DNA of 64,000 nucleotides from the human T2T-CHM13v2.0 reference genome, Homo sapiens, in the NCBI RefSeq assembly GCF_009914755.1, contig NC_060935.1, one strand, 5' to 3'. The notes beneath the pieces were generated by a model that was not told the origin of the DNA, searched no databases, and worked only from the letters and a program-made list of their open reading frames with translations. The translations under genes were made by a program, and so were the position numbers. Positions within the stretch are counted from its first letter, which is position 1. The number at the start of each line of letters is the position of its first letter. This document shows positions 15,348-30,213 of the stretch, in pieces.

Positions 15348-16722
15348 AGGATAAGAAGGAACCTGTGCATGTCTTACTGAAAATCAGCAGAAATTCTTGG
15401 AAAATATCCCCTGGACCATGATCACACAAGATCTCTGACACACTCTCCCAGCCTTTTGTGCCCAGCCATAGAGGGTTCTGGGACAGGTGCCTATCCCACT
15501 AGATACAAGCATAGGGAGCCCTCCAAGGTACAATAAAGACAACAGATCCCTGCTGTACAAAAAATTCATGGAGCCAGCCTTGTCCAGGAAATCAACATGG
15601 GACATGCCTCAAACATGCAGACATGGGTTTGCATGTCTATTTGCGAATGAGTCTTAAGAGTTACATCCACCATTACGAAGGAGTTACACATGATTGCAAA
15701 TATAACCCTGGTCACTAATCAAACCAGAAGGTGCTGTGCCCAGCTGCTCTTGACTCTGAAGAGCAGATTCCAACTGTATTCTGCCTGTGTGAGAGCATAT
15801 TCAATGGATTAACTGTGAAGGCAAAAAGTACAGGGAGTTTTCTTTTCATCTGGCCAAGTGACCCAAGTCCAAAGTATCCTGAGCCTAGGACCTAGATGAT
15901 GTGAATCTTCTCACTCCTGCCCTAGTCTCAACTCAGATGGTACTGTTTTCTCTGCTCTTTGCTTTCCAGTTAACATAATCCTATGAAGCAACTTTGCATA
16001 ACTGAATAGAAAACAAGCTATGCCTAAAGGAAATCAGGATGTGAATGAAGAACTTACCTCAAAGACATGATGCCCCTAGGATATGGTTGGTCTCCTGGCT
16101 GTTGGACCTCAGTTCTAGACACAGCACTGGTGAAGGAGCCAGAAGCCTCATGGTTCAAGCCCCCAACATCAGCCTTTAGAATAGAGAAACCTCAGTGGAA
16201 AATAGAGGAGCACCCAAAAGGCCAGGGCCCATCAACTGACTGGCTCATTCTGGAACTTGCTCAACAATAATGAATCATTTATTGAGTATTTACTATGTGA
16301 AAGGCACCCTACCAAAGTTGGAGGGACAGCCTTAAACAAGGCCATAATAGTTTATAGCCACATAGAAGAGAAATACTATGGACAAGTAACTACAGCTGTA
16401 TTAAGTGTCATCAAGAAGGTCAGGATGCTGTGAGGAGAACAGGGGAGCCCAGCTTGATCCCTGAGGAATTGACATTGCAGCTGCCTTCTACGTAGTAGGT
16501 AGCCATTTAAGTAATAGCAGGGAGGAGCTAGGTAGCACCCCATGAAGGACACGTGCCCACAGTGTGTTCATCTTCAAGGATGAGGCCAGCATGACTGGCA
16601 CAGAGGAATGGAGGGGAAAACAGCATGAAGAGAGGCTGCCGAAGTTGGCAGGGCCAGACCACCAGGGCCTTGCAGATCATATAGGGTTTTGTCTTAATGA
16701 AAGAGCAATGAGAAACTATTAA

Positions 16723-17055
<333 letters not shown>

Positions 17056-17387
17056 TAAAGGGTTTAAACTGGGGAATGATGTGCTCAGATTTTGTTTGGA
17101 AAGACCACTCTGGCTGCAGTACAGAGAAGAGGTTCGAGTCAGCAGAAACAGGTGAGGGGGGGATGGGTCAGGAGGCTACTACAGGAGCACAGGTGAGAGA
17201 GAGATGGTGGTGGAGGCAGAGAAGGGGAGGAGCAGACAGGGTCTGGAGAGAACTTGCAGGTAATACCTGCAGGCCTTGGCAATGGACTGGATATGGGAGG
17301 AGAGAGAACACCAGGTATAAAGGATAAGAGTCTCAAGTTTACAACTTGCAGAGGTAGTGGCGACCATTTATTGAGATTAAGAAAAGA

Positions 17388-17752
<365 letters not shown>

Positions 17753-18427
17753 TTAGGCTGACTCCAAGCAGCACAGTGAACAGGGTAAGAACTTGGGCTC
17801 TTAGAATCAGCCTGAGGTCCAAGGTGGACTCTGCCTCTTGCCCACTGGGTAACCCTGGGTAAATTACTCAACCTCCTCATGCTTGTTTCCTCATATTTAA
17901 AATGGAACTATGGGTAAAAGTAGCATTTACCTTATAAGGCCATGTGAGGATGAAATGAGACATACACTGCTTAGAGCACAGCCTGGCATTTGTAAGGCTC
18001 AAAAGATGTCAGTTGATGTTACTGAAGGAGCAGTCACTTGAGCAACCTAGGGAGGTTGGCTGAAAGAGCATTCTGGAAACTTTAAGACTCTTCTTCCTCC
18101 CTCCCCATCACAAATTTATAGGGAACTAAATACAAAATACAAGTAAGCCTGAACCCACCATATCTTGGGAGGTATAAGCACTGTCACTGGCCACGATTCC
18201 AATTACACTTAATGCTCCCTGTGGTCTCTGTCTACAGAATGGGACTAGCAGAACTAGCTGATAAATCAGTTTTCCCGGTGAAAGGTCTGGGTGGGTGAAT
18301 CAACCATTTACAGTGCAGTGAGACAGAGCTGTGGAAGTAGAGAAGAAGGGTACTTAACCTGTCCCGAGGGCTCAGAGAAGGCTTCCCAGACAAGGTGACT
18401 CTGAGCAGAGAACTGAAGGACAAGTAA

Positions 18428-18776
<349 letters not shown>

Positions 18777-18931
18777 AACTGTGGCTGAAGTTTAAGTAAA
18801 GGCCTATAGGCAAGAAATGTCCTGGGGCCTTAGGCAACTGTATATGACTAGAGGAAAGACAGAAGACAGGAGTGGCTAAAAATGTGGCTAGAGATATAAG
18901 CTGGGGCCTCGTGAATCACAATTGGCTTAAT

Positions 18932-19289
<358 letters not shown>

Positions 19290-19772
19290 TTATGGTAGGA
19301 ATACAACCTGAACAAGGGTGCAACTTAGGAGCAACATAGAGGATGAACTGTAGGCTGCAGAGGAGTTCCAAGGCTGAATCAGCAACAGCCAATGCTTACA
19401 GAGCACTTACTATATACTAGGTCCTGCTCTACAGTGTGCTCCCCAGGGAAGGGATGGTGGTGGCCAAGACAGAATAGTGGCAGCAGAAGTGGAGAGGAGG
19501 AGATGAATTTGATAGATATACAAAGAACAAAATTGAAAGGAGAGAGAAAAAAGGCAGCTCTTTCTTGTTGTCTTCTCATCCTGTAATAATACACATGCTG
19601 ATGCAAACTTGAGAATATAAGCCCTAAAAAAGCAAGGATTTTGTCCTATTCATTGCTGTTTCCCTAGCGTCTGTTATACTACCCCATAGACAATCAGAGT
19701 GTGCAACAGAAGTTTTCAAACAGAACTACATAAGTGAAAAACCATGCCTCTTGGCATGCCTTCAGAATCTAG

Positions 19773-20232
19773 AGCAGGGACCTTAACATTTTTTGTGGCA
19801 TGGACATCAACAGTTCGATAAATCCTATGAACCTTTTCCAGAATGTTAAGCATGCAAAATAAGGGAAATCTATTATATTGAAATATAGTTCTTAAAATAT
19901 TTTTTAAATGTGTGGTCTAGCGATGCAGGTGTTTGTTTACTAACGTACTGCATAATGGATCTGGTGGCAGATGTAATAATTATTGTGATTTTAAAATGGT
20001 GATGAGCATAAATGATATTTCAAGATACCTGCAACAACTGTAATGTGTTATGAAGATATCTATGGTTTCTACTGGTGACCAAGTCACAGGTACTGCTGAT
20101 ACACATTGTGACCTGCTTTCTTAACTGAAAGAGATGTTATATTTCAGTTAAAGGTTAAAGAGTAGGCCAAGTACGGTGGATACTCTGAACTGTCTCCGAC
20201 AAGGTACCCTAGCACCAGTCTGAGAACTTCAG
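19773..20232. mobile_element. hAT-Charlie-type DNA transposon remnant
   Basis: CAGGGACCTTAACATTTTTTGTGGCATGGAC...TTATATTGAAATATAGTT resembles Charlie4-family ends (from memory). Confidence 0.5.
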
Positions 20233-22575
20233 CTCTATATACAGAGAAGGACCAACATCAAAGACAGGTGTCAAGGCCAATCACAAAACACTGTGTATTC
20301 CTTGGTATGCCCAAGAATATAGACCCTGAGCTGCCCCCAGAGCCTACCCTCTGGCCCCTAAAAGAAGGATGCTGCAACTCAAATGAAAAGATAACTCTTT
20401 CAGACTCACGGAACCATTGCCCTTTCTGGAGAACCATCTAAACACCACCAGATCTGTCTGTAGTAGCTTTTCTCTGCTCTCGGATCCTGAGGACCTCAAA
20501 GACCTCTCCCAAACACACGATGCCTTCTGTCTCTCAGACAAAAGATTTAGGGAACTCTCTTAGTAAAGTCTTTCCAAGAAAAATGTTGAGAAAAGAAAAG
20601 AAATCTAAGACAGATTAAAGATGTTTGCCTAGAATCTACTTTCACACCTCCAATGAAGTGTTAAGATAAAAATTATATATATAGTTATGATATGTTACTT
20701 TAAAGACATGCCAAATGTTGTTCCCAAAACATCATATGCAACATCACTATCCCAATTGTTTGCCCAACTGGGCAGTGCTCAACTCTAGAAAAGAGGGTTT
20801 CCTAAGGAAGATTTTTCAGGCTGTAAAGGATGAATCTGAAAGGCACTGAACAAAATGTTTTCAGAGTCAGGAATAAGTTTCTAAAATGATACAATTAATG
20901 TCAATTCAAACCACCTTCTACCTCCTGCGATGTCTGTGCAGCAAGTGACCAAGATAAGACATGGAAGAAAAGCAAGGAAGAAGAGAAAATAATACAAAGT
21001 GGGAGCCCTATAAGAAAACTGAAAGAGAACAGAATTCAGGGCCAAGTTCTGCCTCTGTCATCTTCCAGCTTTGTGACTTTGGGCAAGTTTCTTAAGCTCT
21101 CATATCCTTCCCTCACCATGAGCATTAAATGAGGTCACATGTATCAAAGTACTTCCCATGTCATGTTTTAAAGATATAAGGCAACAGTATTCCACGCAAC
21201 ATGACACAGAGCACTATCCCAGTATCACCAATCCATAGCAATTCTGGAGTGACAGTAGCGTCACTCGAGGGAAACACAGCAACAACTCAAACCTGTTGAT
21301 GAGTAAAGCCACAGCATCAGCTCAGTTCTGTGCCTCCTTAGGAAGGAAAGGTAGAAGGAAGATGAGACTGACTTTCCAACCACCAGCACCACTATGGCTC
21401 CAGATCAAGGTGTTGATAGAGACTGTCACTTTGCAAGCCCCTCACAGATGAAGGACCAGCTGCTCACACCATGGACACCACAGACCAACACTTCCCTTTA
21501 ACCCTTCCAGAGAATGGCAGGCGTCTTACCTTGAGCTTTCCCGTGGTCCTCTATCTATGGCTGGAAAGCGTGACTTCTGTTCAATCTCTGTTTTATGACC
21601 TACTGTCTAGTGTTCATCTTGTGCCTCCAACATGGAAACGGCCAAGCAACAAGTGTAGTGGGGACAGGAGCCCCTACTCCAGCTTGACGTGTACGACATT
21701 GCCTCATATCTTAAGCAGCCAAGAGAGGGCCATGCCCTGTGGTGAGTGGCACCAAGGGCTGCTTGCTTCAGTGCTCTCTAGGACTTCCACTCCAACTGCC
21801 AGTAAAGTGGATCTTCAATCCACCCCATCCTTACCTTCCCTGGGGAACCCAAGATCTTAACACCTGCAGTGAAGGAAATCCATGGAGGCCACCAATGGAG
21901 AAGACCTCAGGACTCCCCATGCTTGAGCCTAAACACACCTTCCAAGAGCCTCCACACTGGACCTCACAGGTGCTACAGGGCAAAACTACCATTAATTATC
22001 ATGGCCTCACTCAGCCCAAATGGTACAGACACAGACCAAGTAGGAAAGGGGTTTTACTGGTAAAGGGATCTGCCTGGAAATCTTCTATGATCCAGAAGAT
22101 AAACCAAATTTCATTCTAATTGCTTTTCAACAAGATAAACAAAGTGGACAAAGCTGACAGCCTCTTTAACACGCAGGCCCCTAACCTTCAATGTGAGTTT
22201 TCATAATACAATGGATATAAACCCACTATGAGGGGTCACCAGTTGCATGAAATGGCTGGATGCTAGTTAGGCTGGCTGAGTACGGTGATAAGACAGCTCA
22301 AGAAGGGCTTCGACAGGTAACCACAAGACTGGCAGTGACAGGAAGGAGGGGTCTGAATACTTGAACATGGCTGGGCGACTCCAAAGCTTAGAGTCAAATG
22401 ACAGTACCGGTCATGTGATATTATTCTTGTTTAAATAACTTACAACTTTGTTAACCGGAATCTGAAACTCTCTAGCTTCTTCCCCCTCCCGACAAAAGCA
22501 ACTGCTTTTATGAAGACATTTTGAGAACACAGTTTCTTAGACAGAATGGCTGCATTAGAGGTGCAGGGGCAGTAC

Positions 22576-22676
22576 CTTAAAGGAATATTTGCGGCTTATG
22601 CGATCCTCAGGGGCCACAGGAGAGATCACGTAGCTGGGCAAGGGGATGCTCCCGAGGACCGCTTCTTCTCGGCTGT
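22576..22676 (-). CDS. PLEKHA7: PLEKHA7 coding exon (101 nt): [36 protein letters not shown] domain
   Basis: Acceptor TTTTCCATTCAAAG|AC, donor AAG|GTACTG; split codon G|AC from previous exon; PH motif LGSIPL. Confidence 0.95.
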
Positions 22677-22826
22677 CTTTGAATGGAAAAATGCATCAGA
22701 ACAACCTTCTGGGCAGTTTCCCTGGGCTCATCTGTCCCACTGCTTCCAGAACTTCAGCCAAGTTGTTTCCTCCCCTTGTAATGTCCATCCTCCCCCAACC
22801 CACACACAGGCAAAGCTCTACCCATT

Positions 22827-23133
22827 CTTTTTATTTATTTATTTTTTTTTTGAGACGCAGTTTCGCTCTTGTTGCCCAAGCTGGAGTCAAGAGCATGATC
22901 TCGGCTCACTGCAACCTCTGCCTCCCAGATTCAAGCGATTCTCCCGCCTTAGCCTCCTGAGTAGCTGGGATTACAGGCATGCGCCACCATGCCTGGCTAA
23001 TTTTTGTATTTTTAGTGGAGTCAGGGTTTCACCATGTTAGCTAGGCTGGTCTCGAATGCCTGACCTCAGGTGATCCACCTGCCTCGGCCTCCCAAAGTGT
23101 TGGGATTACAGGTGTGAGCCACAGTGCCCAGCC
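22827..23133 (-). repeat. AluS in the ~1-kb intron between the 73- and 101-nt exons
   Basis: TSD AGCTCTACCCATTCTT. Confidence 0.92.
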
Positions 23134-23667
23134 AGCTCTACCCATTCTTAAAAGCCTATCTCTTCTCTCCTTCTAAGAAGCCTCCTCAGATTCTCCAATG
23201 ATGGAATTCACTTCTCAGGCCCCCTGAACTGCTTTGAAAGCACCAGTAGCAGTCTAGCCTTATCTTAAAAGTAAGCTCTTTCTCCACATTTTGAGACTCC
23301 CTCTTAACAACACATAGTCCCTAACTTTATGTTCTGGGGCTCCACAGAAGCTCAGATGGCCAATTCAATTCACCAGTTGCTCATCCAACATTCAATAAAT
23401 CCAGATGACAGGTTACAAAACACAATCAATGATCCACACTTCTCACCTCTCCAGAGTACCTCAAAGGTGGACCTATGTCCCAAATGGGACAGAAACGGAA
23501 ATGACTCTGAATCCTGAGACCCTTAGTAGCAGGCAAACTGGATTCTATTTATTTTAACCCAACAGATTGAACTTCCTGTGTTAGGACTGGTAAACCTGAA
23601 GTCACCAACCATCCACATATGTAAAACTGAACACTTCGGCAGGGTAATAGGCTACTTGTTAGCTCAC

Positions 23668-23740
23668 CTTTATAGTAAAATAAGCAGTAATCAGCAAGCA
23701 CAAACCACCTCCTTTTCCACAGCCTCATCCCAGAACTGTC
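23668..23740 (-). CDS. PLEKHA7: PLEKHA7 coding exon (73 nt): DSSGMRLWKRRWFVLADYCLFYYK, PH domain
   Basis: Acceptor TGCTTTGCAG|G, donor AAG|GTGAGC; PH signature WKRRWFVL..LFYYK (ORF track 23549..23746). Confidence 0.96.
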
Positions 23741-24464
23741 CTGCAAAGCAAAGAAAACTAGTCAGGGTAATATCTGAGCATACTGTTGTCCCTTTCCAAG
23801 CATGCACAACCTGATTCCAGAACCAAATATTTGCCCATATTCACTCTTTGTTTTAATAAATTACCATTTTACTGAACAGCCATTCTTTGAATAGGACATT
23901 AGAATTTGGATTAAATGATGGTTTATCCTAAGAAAGCAGGGTTTTTATTTTTGTCTCCTAGAAGCAAATTAATATATAATATTATAAGTCACTTTCTTCT
24001 AGAAAGTAAATTAAGAAAGGAATCAGTTCTTAACAAAAAGTTTTTGTTTGTTTGTTTCTTATTTAGGTGGCTATGCTATAAAATACCTTCATTTATGCTG
24101 ACTGGAAAACTGAATTTACACTGAACTATTGAAAAGAGTTTAAGTTACCTAATGAATTAAGTGAGGCAAAGTTTTCATTAGACTATGCTCAGTTCTGTGC
24201 CATATAGGATGTATTCTGCTGTTGTGTTTTCCTTCCATTCAATATAAAAGAATTTGGATTCTCTTTGCTATCAAATTGTCTCATAAGAAAAATCTGTCTT
24301 TACTCATCTGAAATGTAAATGTTTGTATTTATCAATAATGTTTTAAATTACTGTGAATATTTTTCAAAAACATGGCAAAGGCAGGAAAACAGAATGTTTT
24401 GGGGTGAGTTTTCTCTCAAACCTAGGAATGCCCCAGAGCATCTTTTAGTTTTAGAGATGGCTGT

Positions 24465-24575
24465 TCACGTCTGTACTGCCAGTGTTTTGAGAGGCTGAGG
24501 CAGGAAGATCGCCTGTGACCAGGAATTCAAGACCAGCCTGGGCAACATAGTGATGCCCCAGCTGTACAAAAAAAA
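24465..24575 (+). repeat. FLAM/Alu monomer
   Basis: single Alu arm; TSD TAGAGATGGCTGTT. Confidence 0.75.
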
Positions 24576-26273
24576 ATTTTTTTTTCATTTAAAAAATAGA
24601 GATGGCTGTTAAATTGTCTTCCTTCTGCAGAAGTTTTTGACAAGCTTGAAAAACATCTGACAATTTCTAAACTGAAATACAGCATAAGGATTGTTCCTCC
24701 TCCACTTACTAAAATGCTAAAAGCAAATGTAACTTGATGATTTCAACTATTTATCTGTTTCATCTTCTGCAAATCAACAAGATGATTTATAAGGTCTTGG
24801 CACATGATATTTGCTTTGTTTGGAGACCTCTTATCTATGCTTCCATGCCTGGTTCAAATATCACTTCCTCCGGGAAGCCCTTCTGGACACCCCCCAGTAT
24901 AGCCACTCTCTGTTGTGTGTCCACAGCACACAGATCCCTGTTATGGTTACAGCACAGCCAATGGGCCTGGCCTAGGTGCTGGGAATTATTTACAAATACT
25001 TCCCTCTCTCTCCATATGTCAAAGGGGCATCCTTTGTTTAATGGGGACAGGGATGCAAACGGAAGAAGTCAGAGGGTTAAATGACTCAAGTGAGAAAAAG
25101 ACAAGGGCAAATGTAAGAAAAGAGAGGGACGACAGGGCTGTGAGGGGCAAGTGGGCACAAGAGAGGGTGGTACCAGGAGTGTCCAACAGAAGAGGCCGGG
25201 AGCTGTTGCAGCTGCCATGGGGCCAGAGCTGCAGAAGAAGATTTTAAGGGGACTTTTGGGATTTCTCCTGTGTGCTGTTCAATGTAATGCCCTCCTCTGT
25301 CTTCCCACAAAGCTTCACCAAAACTTACATTGCTGCTCTGATATTTTTAGATGCTATGCTAGGTGAGAGACAGGGCTGGGTGACAATGTGACAAGTGAGA
25401 GATATGCTATCTGCTTCTCCTGGTAGCTGATGAGTTCCTCGAGGGCAGGAACCACGTTACTTTCTCTTGATACTTGCTCTTAGCAACTTAGGACATGGCA
25501 GGCACTTTGCAGAATGGATGAATGAATGAATGACTGGCAAGGAGAGAAGGAGAGCAAAAGAGACAGGGTCTCTAGCTCTGGGAACTCACAACCCAGCCAT
25601 GAACAGAGAACCCCAGGCAGGTCAACTGGCAGTGGGGATTCCAATGAAGAATGGCCTCAGCCGACAGAGCTGACAGGGCTTTCTGACTGAATGCATGTCG
25701 GGGAAGGAGAATCTGGTGATAGTGCTGAGGTTTCTAACCTGAGTGCCTGGGAGAATGGTGGTACCATTACTAAGATCCGGAAAAAGCAGTCTTGGGGAAA
25801 TGGCAGGCCAAGGTGGTGAGGAGATAATGAGCTGAGTTTGGCTGATTTGGAATTTGAGACGTTAGGTGGATATGCATGCTAGACAAGGGGGAGAGGAAAA
25901 GATGAAAATTTTCAGCCAAATAATAACAAAGACTCTTTGACACCAGGAAGGCAAGTGCTGGTAGAGAACTGGTAGGAAGGCTGGATTCAAGCTGACCCAC
26001 CCACACTGCGGCCTGGGCCCCAGGACAGCCAATAGCACCAGGGGCCAAAGTGGTCAAGTGGGTTTTGGGAGAGAAGCTGTAACCATTGAGCAGACAGTCC
26101 ACTCATAAGAACAAACGGCAAATAATGCAGTGCAGCAGGTAGAATCCAGCTGCCTCAGACAAACTCAGGAACAGAAAGCTTATGTGCCCATCCCTAGCTT
26201 CCTGGTGCCTGGGAAAGGAGAGAACTCAGCCAGAGCCATTTCCTCCAGGATTCTCACTCCTCGGCTTCCTCAC

Positions 26274-26378
26274 CTGCTTGTGCAGCCAGCCCCTCACCAC
26301 CACGGGAACATTGGGGTTCCTCCGAATGGCCTGGTCTCTCTTCCCAAAGCTGTGGACTTTACTGCTGGACTTTATGAT
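26274..26378 (-). CDS. PLEKHA7: PLEKHA7 coding exon (105 nt): IIKSSSKVHSFGKRDQAIRRNPNVPVVVRGWLHKQ, start of PH domain
   Basis: Acceptor CTTTTTCATAG|A, donor CAG|GTGAGG; PH strand-1 motif GWLHKQ. Confidence 0.95.
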
Positions 26379-27187
26379 CTATGAAAAAGCAGACTGAACT
26401 TTAGCAACAGGGAATTTAAGGTGACACAAAAAAGCACTTGTATGTTAGGAGGACCGTCGGCTCTCTCTGCCTCACTCTAAATGGCAGCACCCTTTGATCA
26501 AATGAACAGCCAGAAGACAGGGAACGGGCGTGCACATGGCCACAGCATTCTAATTAAAAGGCAAGCCCAAGACCTGGCAAACCTCCCAGCTGGGTCACTG
26601 AAAAAAAAAATTAAAAGGAATTTTTCAATCAACTTTCAGCAGCAGCTGTTGGCTGTAATATGTTCCATGGCTTTCTGGAGCAAAGCTAATTTTTGGTCAC
26701 AGCTTTTTGCCAATTTCCAGATATTTACCCCTCCTATCTGGGTTCAACCCTCAGCACTCTCCTCCTCTCCTCAATGCTGGTTCTTTACCCTGATCCTTAG
26801 TGTTTCTACACCTGGAGCACAGAAACTTCTGGGTCCTTCCCAAGGGCACCCTTTCTCAGGGCCTCATGTCACCAAATCTCTCCAGGCTTGCTTTAACACA
26901 CAGCTACATGTAAATAGAAACGTGGCCCTCCCAACCATGCGAGGAAAGTGAAGAACATGCTCAAGGACCTATAGACACCAGTGCTGGGTCTGTCAGCAAT
27001 CACCTGTTCTGCTGGACAAGGGACATATCCCTCTTGGCCTCAGTTTCCTGATCTGTCATTTGGGGAGAACACTTCTTATGGGTCTCTCTCACAAAACTAT
27101 AGTGAAGATCAAATGGACTTCTGGTTACAAAGGGGCTTGGCAAAATATAAAAGAAGGGAAGGAAGGAACAAGTGGCCAGGAGCTCAC

Positions 27188-27299
27188 CTTGGGTCCAGGC
27201 TTGGCCTCCAGGGTGGAGGCGGTCCCAGCCGTGGATGTTTCACTGACCATGCTGGACGGTCTTTGGTTTCTGTCTTGCTTCGACATATGTGGATTCGGC
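27188..27299 (-). CDS. PLEKHA7: PLEKHA7 coding exon (112 nt): PNPHMSKQDRNQRPSSMVSETSTAGTASTLEAKPGPK
   Basis: Acceptor CTGTCTCCTCACAG|G, donor AAG|GTGAGC; open frame; phases fit both neighbours. Confidence 0.93.
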
Positions 27300-29092
27300 C
27301 TGTGAGGAGACAGGGGATTCCAGTGAGTAAAAGCTGAGCTATAGAGTAGGAAGTGCAGTAAGATCAGTTCCAGGTAGGAATCGGTTGTTGGGCCTTAGAA
27401 CAACCCAACCCTGATTGTTTGGAGGCTGCCTGACTCCAGACTGCAGCCAGAAGGCCGCAATGTCCAGCCTGCCCATGTGTTTCAAGGAATCAAGATGACA
27501 GATAGGCACATCTCCACAGCCTGACACCCCAACAAAGGAGGACAGACTGTCATCCCTGCTGTTGTCTGGAAGTCCCCACACTCACTCTCTTAATCAGGTG
27601 TCTGTGACAACTGCCCCATCTGATGGGCATGCACAGATGTGCCACTCTTCTCAGCACGCAAGAGCAATCCATGCCCTCACACACACCTCCATTTCCCTGG
27701 CTCCCAAAAGAAGCTGTTTATAATTAGTAACAAGAAATCACTTGCGCACACAACCACACCCCCAGCTACACACAGAGAATCCCTTACATAAATGCCAGTG
27801 GGGCTTGTCTCCCAAAATAGACTACTCAACAAAGAGTCCTATTCTAGGAACACTCCATTTGCCCCAAAATAGAGCTATCAGAGATATTAACCCCTTGTGC
27901 TTGCCTGGTGAGCAGGAAGAAATGAAATAAGCCTTGGGCCCCCAGTAAGAATATCTGGGCTTCCCCATCAGCATCCCAGAAACATGGAACTTCCCACCAA
28001 GGAGCTGCCCTGGGAGGGCCAACTCTCTGGGAGCATCTCAGTGCGACACTCAAGAGCCACTGAAGAGTCCTTCTCACCTGCTTCCACAGATCCCCAGCAT
28101 TTGCCAGTCTTTCAAGGCAGCGGTGACAAATCCCTCCACACAAATCCAGTACCTATCCCTGGACAGCTGGATGCCTGATGCCAAGACCCTGCAAAGTCCA
28201 GGATCAGCAAGCCTTCCTCAAAGTGGAAGTCTCCACGCTCTGTCCAATGCTCCAATAGGCAACAGAATCCAGGTCATTGGAGACCAAGCAGACCACAGAA
28301 AACTGAGGCTCTTTGCCTGAAGAGTGGAGAAAATCTGCTTTGGAGGCCTGGGCAAGGACCCTGAGGAGATGCAGCTAGAGAACCCAGGCAGGATGCAGCT
28401 GACGAAGCAACACTCATAAAGTCCTTCACACAGACACTTTTAGAGTGATACAATGAGGGAACATCCTAGTTTCCACCATGGAAATATACTGTTTTCTTCG
28501 AAGACCCTGCTGCTCAAAAGATAAGTGATCCTTTCTGTGCCCGGAGACAGAGCCCAATATCCTACACCACAAGGGAAGTTCTCTGCAGAAGTAGCCGTGA
28601 CTACTGCACTTTCCAAGCAATGCCAGCAGCAGGACCACTGTAGTAGGCACCAGCTTCCCAAAGGGCTGGGCCCTGTCGGATGCTTGGCAGCAGGAGATGC
28701 AAGTCCTACCAGGCAGAAAGAGCACTGGCTCCTTATCAGCTCAGACACTCACTCCAGATTCCACACCCCCAGCCTCCAACCCAGCCAGACTTTTGTTGCT
28801 GCTCCCCACTGGGAGGGAGAATGTCACCACATTTGCTGTTGGCAGAGGCTGTGTGCAGCAAGATAACCGCTGATCAGGAGCAGGAAGAGGCTCCAAGAGG
28901 CGGCCTTGTCCATCCCCTTTCTCCAGACAGAACTATGTCCAAAACATCCTGGAACCTGGTCTTGTCTAACTCTTCAGACTTCTGGAGGTTGAGACAAGGA
29001 AAAAGAGCTCTCAGGTTGCTTCAGTTATGGCAGCTGTATCTCTAAGCTAAAATTCAGGACACAAGGTCCAACGACAAAAAAGATTTGTTTGA

Positions 29093-29403
<311 letters not shown>

Positions 29404-29838
29404 TGTTTGGGATTTTATCAAATGTAATTTATTCCCACTTAAGACATTTTAGGCTTATTACAGAATATTTGAGAAATACAAGAAAAAACTGAGAGAAAAA
29501 CATCACCCATAGTCCAGCTACTGAAAGGAAAACCATTTGTAACACTTGGTATGGTTACTTCCATTCTTTTTATATGCCTGGGTTTTCTGCAGGGGAAGGA
29601 GGTGGGGAGAAAAAGGGTGTTTTGTTTACATATGATCAAAATTATATATGTGACTTCACATCTTCATTTTAAAACGTTATTGTAATGTAAACACTTTCTC
29701 CGTTAGTTTAAGCCAGTTCAACATCATTTCAAATAACTGCATCACGTTCCATCAACTTTAGATGTGCCATTCCACCTCTGTAGGACGAAGAAAAGACCGT
29801 CTGGATTTGTGACTGGCCAGGAAATCCAGGACAAATAG

Positions 29839-30213
<375 letters not shown>

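Noticed and set aside
22546-23040. 164-aa + strand ORF overlapping a PLEKHA7 exon
   Set aside because: Antisense shadow of the 101-nt exon running into an Alu.
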